A stretch of 64,000 nucleotides of DNA from Clostridia bacterium (lineage in GTDB: Bacteria > Bacillota > Clostridia > CAKSNL01 > HGM11501), in the NCBI GenBank assembly GCA_045545475.1, contig JAZQAZ010000030.1, positions 64,001 through 128,000 of the forward strand, read 5' to 3'. Of the stretch, positions 58,715 through 64,000 are shown one piece after another. The translations under genes and the position numbers were made by a program. How positions within the stretch are numbered: the stretch's first letter is position 1; each line of letters starts with the position of its first letter. The notes under the pieces are model-generated. The model saw nothing but the letters and a program-made list of their open reading frames with translations. It was not told the origin of the DNA and ran no database searches.

Positions 58715-61453
58715 TTATTTTTCTATGGTAATTGTTCTGGTCTCTCCATCCCAATTAACTGTATATCCGAGACGTTCTGATACAAATCTTAAAGGAATGA
58801 ATGTTCTTGAGTTCTCGATTCTGGGAGCAACGGGAGAGGTGTATCTCACACCGTTTACCCAAACACGGTTGTTTTCTATCTGGAACTCAATTGTCGTTCC
58901 GTCAGCCGATACTGTAATTTTTTTGTTTTCTCCATGCCATGTAACGGTAGCACCCATTTCCTCAAAGAGCCCCCTGAGAGGAATCATAGTAGTTCCGTTT
59001 ACAATGAAAGGCTCCACATCAATCGTCTTGACTCTGCTCTCTTCGCCTTTTGATACCACTATGTCCTTTGAACCAATCTGAAGCGTATATCTTTCTTTTT
59101 CTCCGGAGAGACGGGCAAGCTGAGTGTTTTCACTTTCGTAGAACTGAATATCCGCACAGGTGGCATGAGCACTTGCCTTTCCTCCGCCGTCATTGATTGT
59201 AACTAAGATGTCTATACGGAAATATCTTGTGGTAATCGGCTCATAGAAGGGAATCCTCATAAAGTTGAAAGACTTATACTGGGTGGGATTAAGAACGTAG
59301 CTATCCACAAAGTCATAATTTTCGCCGTCCGCTGATGTGCTTATTTCAAACTCAACCCAGTGTCCGCTTAAAAAGCCCTGGCCTCTGGGCATAAAGCCGA
59401 AGCCGGAAAGAGTATATTCCTTTCCAAGGTCATACTCAAGATAAGCAGGCATTACCTTTTTATTGAATCCCTCGGTTGAGCCGTCCTCGTTTCTGTACTG
59501 GGTGTGCCATACGGAATATTCATTCTGGTCAATGGTCTTTATTGCCGTGGAGTGCAAATCGTTGGCGTTTTCAAAGGGATAGGGCTGCTCGCTTGATGCA
59601 GTAACCTTAACCTCGCTTCTGTCTATGGGAAGCAATTTATAGTCGCCGTAGTTATCTCTCATTTCCGCCGCAGTTACAGTCTCTCTGTAAAGAGTGGGCT
59701 TAAGTACACGGATTTCCGATGCAACGGCATAGTTGCTCATAGAGTCTACGATAACAAGCTTTATGGCCTTCGCTTTAACATTTCTGCTCATTACTATTTC
59801 GCAGGGCGTTCTTCTCTGATCCTTTGTTGTGGTTCCGCCATAGGAGAAGGCAAAATCCTCAACTGCGGGATAGAAGTTTTCACCGTCGTCTGACACATAA
59901 AGGCTTACTATTTTAAATATACCCGCACTGCTCTGGGATTCGTCTCTGGGGTAATATCTGATGCCGGAAACCTCGGTTTCCTCAGGGAAGGTTATGATAT
60001 AGTCAAAGGGATTCATATCGTGGGAAACGATTTTTCCATCCTCAACCACATAAGCAGAATGCCAGAAGGTTTTAAGATCTCCATCCATGGCAAGCTCAGG
60101 CTTTGTCATTGCACTGGATGCTGTTACCTTCCAGTCTGTGCCCGGTGTCATTTCATCCTCTTCATACTCTGCCTTTACTGTTTCAACAGGCTTTGTTTCT
60201 TCCTTGGTTTCTTCCTTTTTATCGGAAGCTGATGCTCCGCCAACACCTGTATTTGCATCAATTTCTGTTGCGGTAAGCTTAACCGCCGATACTTCGGCTA
60301 CCTTTAATTTTTCGTCACTCTTAAGAAGTGAAAGCTCTGCCATTGTGCCGAAGTCCTGCTGTCCTTTTGTAATGGTAAGTCTTACAGACTTTACACCTAC
60401 GTTAGAGTCGAACTTTATTGTTCTTCCGCCTTCGCGGTCGGAAAATGCGGGATTGTAGGTAAGCGTTACTTCTCCAAGCTTTTTATAGTTTGCACCGTCA
60501 GCCGATATTTCAATTTCCATTTCCTTAACAACACCTGCGGTGCTTCCGCCAAGTCTGGGATAGTAGCGGATACCGGAAATTTCCGTTACATCCGGAAGCG
60601 TAAGCTCAAAGGTATAGGGCATGGGGTCTTTCGCCGTTATTGTAGAGCCTTCTGCCGTATATCCCGAATGCCAGATGGTATCAATGTTTCCGTCGATGGC
60701 GTTTTCGGCTTTTTGTGCCACGCTGGAAGCTTCCGCCATCCAGCCCGATTTATCGGTGATTTCGTCCTTTACCTTGCCGCTGTCGGCACCTGCACTGCCT
60801 ACCGCCGCAGAACCTGTTTCTTTTGCGATATTCTCTGTTTCAACTCCGTTTTCCGTTGCGGGGATTACGGTTTTTGTAAGCTTTACTGCATTTACATTTT
60901 CCGTCTTAAGGCTATCCTTCTTTGAAAGAAGGGAAAGCTCCGCCATTGTGCCGAAATCGCTGTAGCCCTTTATTACGTCAAACTTAAGGGACTTTATCTT
61001 TACATTTGCCGTAAAGTCAACGGTTTTTCCGCCTTCACGGTCGGAATACGCAGGATTGTACTGAAACTTAACCTGTCCCATTTCGGTGTAATTTTCACCG
61101 TCTTCGGAAATGTAGATTACGATATCGTAAAAGGTTCCCGCAACGCTTCCGCCAAGACGGGGATAATAACGTAATCCGGATATTTCCGTGGCTTCAGGCA
61201 GAGTAAGAGTAATTGTATATGGCATTGGATCCTTTGCCGTAACCTGTCCGCCCTCTGCTGTGTAGCCCGAATGCCATATGGTATTTATATCACCGTCGAT
61301 GGCGTTTTCAATTTTCTGAATCTGGCTTGTTGCCTTTATCTGCCAGCCTTCCTTTGGAAGTTCGTCATCTGCTGCAAAGGATGTAAGGGCGAAAACAGAT
61401 GAAAAAATCAAGGATAATGCAAATATCAAAGATAATATTTTTTTCATTTCCAT
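58715..61453 (-). CDS. Secreted protein: 4x F5/8 type C (CBM32) plus stalk domain (module 3)
   Basis: Signal peptide; AIDG..WHS..YYPR repeats; NGTTMIPLR..RTFIPLRFVSERLGYTVNWD. Confidence 0.88.
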   Translation of the reverse strand: MEMKKILSLIFALSLIFSSVFALTSFAADDELPKEGWQIKATSQIQKIENAIDGDINTIWHSGYTAEGGQVTAKDPMPYTITLTLPEATEISGLRYYPRLGGSVAGTFYDIVIYISEDGENYTEMGQVKFQYNPAYSDREGGKTVDFTANVKIKSLKFDVIKGYSDFGTMAELSLLSKKDSLKTENVNAVKLTKTVIPATENGVETENIAKETGSAAVGSAGADSGKVKDEITDKSGWMAEASSVAQKAENAIDGNIDTIWHSGYTAEGSTITAKDPMPYTFELTLPDVTEISGIRYYPRLGGSTAGVVKEMEIEISADGANYKKLGEVTLTYNPAFSDREGGRTIKFDSNVGVKSVRLTITKGQQDFGTMAELSLLKSDEKLKVAEVSAVKLTATEIDANTGVGGASASDKKEETKEETKPVETVKAEYEEDEMTPGTDWKVTASSAMTKPELAMDGDLKTFWHSAYVVEDGKIVSHDMNPFDYIITFPEETEVSGIRYYPRDESQSSAGIFKIVSLYVSDDGENFYPAVEDFAFSYGGTTTKDQRRTPCEIVMSRNVKAKAIKLVIVDSMSNYAVASEIRVLKPTLYRETVTAAEMRDNYGDYKLLPIDRSEVKVTASSEQPYPFENANDLHSTAIKTIDQNEYSVWHTQYRNEDGSTEGFNKKVMPAYLEYDLGKEYTLSGFGFMPRGQGFLSGHWVEFEISTSADGENYDFVDSYVLNPTQYKSFNFMRIPFYEPITTRYFRIDILVTINDGGGKASAHATCADIQFYESENTQLARLSGEKERYTLQIGSKDIVVSKGEESRVKTIDVEPFIVNGTTMIPLRGLFEEMGATVTWHGENKKITVSADGTTIEFQIENNRVWVNGVRYTSPVAPRIENSRTFIPLRFVSERLGYTVNWDGETRTITIEK

Positions 61454-61461
61454 ACCCCTCC

Positions 61462-63999
61462 TTATATAAGCTCTGCAGCACGGAGTGCCGCATCGGTATC
61501 TATATCGGTTCCGAAGGCATAAATTCCGTTTCCTAAGTTTCTGACATCATAACCAAAGGTATCGAAAAGGAATGTTACGGGAACGTATGCAATTCCGTCA
61601 ACGTCAAGCACAGGCTTTGTCAGCGTAATATCGACACCGTCAACCACACCTGTAAGTGTGCCAACGGTTGTATAGCAGAATCCTTCCTTTGAATCGATTT
61701 TAAAGAAGTTTCTGTAGGACTCATAAATCGTCCTTGTTGTGCCGTAGCCCACTACATCCTTAAGCATTGTGTAGGGAACGTAAGCCGTTCCGTCAATTTC
61801 TCTTACGCCGTAGGCAGTATTTGCTTCAAAAGCATCCATAATTCCGCCTCTTACAACAGCCTTGCCCGATCCCGCTTTTACAACGGTTGTGTTTTTAAGA
61901 GCTTCTCTGTCGGAATCTGTTACAGCCTTCTCTTCTATTTCAGAATAAACATAGTTGAATCTGCTTGCGGGAGCACATATTCCTGTAATATAGAAATTAA
62001 GAATGTCGGAATCGTCGGAGTTATCCGCCCACTTGAATTCGATGTCTGTGATGTCCCCCATTCCGATTAAACTTTTAGCCGCCTTTATCTGAAGCTGTTT
62101 TCCACTGAGTACCTGTTCTGCTTTGCCCACAAGATTCCATGTTCCGTTAAAGCTGTAAACATCGGTATTTACAATTTTGTAATCATAGCCTTCCCAACCT
62201 GTCGCACGGTTACGGTCGGCATCGATATAAAGTGCCATCCAGTTATTTCCCGAAGGCGTGGTTATATCACTTTCGCAAGTAGCTGTAAACCAGATAAATT
62301 CATCGTTTCTTGCAACCTTGCTTGTTTTTATATTGTTTCTTGCCGTCTTATTTACATAGTGATTTTTTCCATAGCCTACCGCATCACGGTCGTATACTCC
62401 GCGTACATTGTAAAATGTGGGTGCCACATTATCCCAGGATGCGGGATTTGCCATGTCAATTGTGGTTTTTTCGCTTGCAGTTGGTGCGGGGCGAACACCC
62501 TTCCACTTACGGATAGCGTCAACCATCAGCATAAATCCGCTGTCACGGTTTCCGCCCTTTGCAAGGGCAAGGTCACGGGTGTTAACCTGGTCAAAGTGGT
62601 CAATAAAGGAATTTTTGAATTTACCTGAGTAGTTTTCCTGTCTTCCTACGGTCCATTCGTTCCAGCTTGAAATAAGCATAATTCTTGCATCAGTTTCGAG
62701 GGCACCTGATACCTGTTCTTCAAAAAAGTAGTTATACTTATATGCATCGGAATCCCATATATGGCCGAAGGTTTCGGTGTAGTTTTTGCCTCTTGCTGTT
62801 TTATAACCCATGGGAACAAGCTGTTCAGTTTCGATGGACTTGTTGCAGCCGCCTGCCACGGTTACGGTTTCGGCATTTCCAGAAGAGTCCACACCATAGG
62901 TCTTCATAGGATACTTTTCAATGATAGACCATTTATCGGTTTTATCGGTAAGAGTATCGTTCCAGTCTCCCTCGATTCCTCGGAAGGTGAAGAAGTCAAG
63001 AATTTCTTCGGTTAATTTAACATCCTCGGGGTCATTTTCGTTAAGATAATGCTCCATTGACTCCTGATGTACCATCAAAAGGGGTTTACCCTCGTGATAA
63101 TACCACAAATCTTCGTAGTAGCCGGGTTTGTAGAAGGTGCGGTACATATAGAAAAGCATAGTTTTTGCATTTTCCGTGGGGTACGCCATATTACCTGCCA
63201 GAGTAAACTTTGGTACATCCACGCCATCTGCCTTAGCGTCACGGAACGCCTGACAAAACGCTTCCATATTGCGGCGGAAAACCGCGATTCCGTTGGTGTC
63301 GTCAAAGAACAAAAAGTCTACCCCTGCCTCGGATAAAAGCTCCGCATCCTTTCTGTATACCCAGTAGTCGTTACCTGCATAGAATCCGTATAATGGCTCA
63401 TCCCAGAAATACTCTGTCTTACCCTTTGGCCATGCAGGATGAAGATATCCGTCTTCCTTGTATGCATCGGGAAACTCTAGCTGGAAGGTTGTGTTGTTTA
63501 TAACTGCTTCGTTATCCTCATATCCTGTGTTCCATATCCAGTAAAACAGGCCTACTTCCTTTCCTTCCTTTACGCCGCCGACTTCAGAATAGTCGGCAAC
63601 GGCACGACCAAGCTCGCTTGTTCCTGCCCAGGTGTCGGAAAAGTCGTCAATTACCGGAGCAGATACGGGTGTGTAGCCTTCTCTTTCGGTAATTCTTTCG
63701 TCGGACAAGGATATTTCAAAAATATCCGATGCGCCTGCAGGGCCGTAGGTTGAAATTATGTATAAGTCGTGCTTTCCCGTAACAGAAACGTTACAGCCAA
63801 ACTCATTTTTTCCTTCTTTATAAAGGTCAATCTCACCGATAATTTCGCCCGTGGGCTTGTCGATTCTCACCTCAAAAAGGTCACCGCTCCAGCCCGAGGT
63901 CCAGTTTGCCTCCGCCGTCATTCTTACGGACTTTACATTTGTAAAGTCAACAGAGGGGAAATACACATAGTTCCCCTTTTGCATTTCGAGAATACCGGA
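61462..63999 (-). CDS. CBM6-like + GH99/GH71-like + beta-sandwich + stalk protein (module 3 enzyme; 5' end outside window)
   Basis: Paralog of 29447 and 48451 (GKHDLY, WDEPLYGFY, YRKDAE..AGVD, WNEW, TGWEGYDY); frame is open to the window edge. Confidence 0.65.
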   Translation of the reverse strand, partial: SGILEMQKGNYVYFPSVDFTNVKSVRMTAEANWTSGWSGDLFEVRIDKPTGEIIGEIDLYKEGKNEFGCNVSVTGKHDLYIISTYGPAGASDIFEISLSDERITEREGYTPVSAPVIDDFSDTWAGTSELGRAVADYSEVGGVKEGKEVGLFYWIWNTGYEDNEAVINNTTFQLEFPDAYKEDGYLHPAWPKGKTEYFWDEPLYGFYAGNDYWVYRKDAELLSEAGVDFLFFDDTNGIAVFRRNMEAFCQAFRDAKADGVDVPKFTLAGNMAYPTENAKTMLFYMYRTFYKPGYYEDLWYYHEGKPLLMVHQESMEHYLNENDPEDVKLTEEILDFFTFRGIEGDWNDTLTDKTDKWSIIEKYPMKTYGVDSSGNAETVTVAGGCNKSIETEQLVPMGYKTARGKNYTETFGHIWDSDAYKYNYFFEEQVSGALETDARIMLISSWNEWTVGRQENYSGKFKNSFIDHFDQVNTRDLALAKGGNRDSGFMLMVDAIRKWKGVRPAPTASEKTTIDMANPASWDNVAPTFYNVRGVYDRDAVGYGKNHYVNKTARNNIKTSKVARNDEFIWFTATCESDITTPSGNNWMALYIDADRNRATGWEGYDYKIVNTDVYSFNGTWNLVGKAEQVLSGKQLQIKAAKSLIGMGDITDIEFKWADNSDDSDILNFYITGICAPASRFNYVYSEIEEKAVTDSDREALKNTTVVKAGSGKAVVRGGIMDAFEANTAYGVREIDGTAYVPYTMLKDVVGYGTTRTIYESYRNFFKIDSKEGFCYTTVGTLTGVVDGVDITLTKPVLDVDGIAYVPVTFLFDTFGYDVRNLGNGIYAFGTDIDTDAALRAAELI

Positions 64000-64000
64000 G

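Noticed and set aside
26495-63999. Cellulosome, or true copper amine oxidases
   Set aside because: No cohesin or dockerin repeats recognised; only the non-catalytic N-terminal stalk domain of amine oxidase is present.

Overview
A 64-kb chromosomal segment that looks like a Clostridia-type (Bacillota) genome, judged from SigA-type promoters, AGGAGG RBSs, SLH and copper-amine-oxidase-N 'stalk' anchors, and ddh. Housekeeping genes: nagA, proS, mreB-like, comEC, holA, tRNA-Arg(ACG), ddh, a GyrA/ParC-family subunit, metF and metH. Carbohydrate genes: GH20, GH78, GH172, an SGNH hydrolase and an unassigned TIM-barrel protein. Two accessory systems stand out. (1) 13.5-19.0 kb: a peptidoglycan-binding-domain protein followed by an array of orphan copies or variants of its own C-terminus, each placed before a paralogous polytopic membrane protein. 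This is the architecture of a polymorphic toxin/immunity cassette locus, but I cannot assign the effector tip or the membrane family. (2) 26-64 kb: three dispersed copies of a two-gene module ([CBM6-like + GH99/GH71-like barrel + stalk] then [4-5x F5/8-type-C/CBM32 + stalk]). The same region holds a fourth small CBM32-stalk gene and a 3070-aa SLH-anchored multi-CBM32 protein flanked by TGTC-type REP palindromes. All family calls come from motif recognition by eye; no database searches were run.
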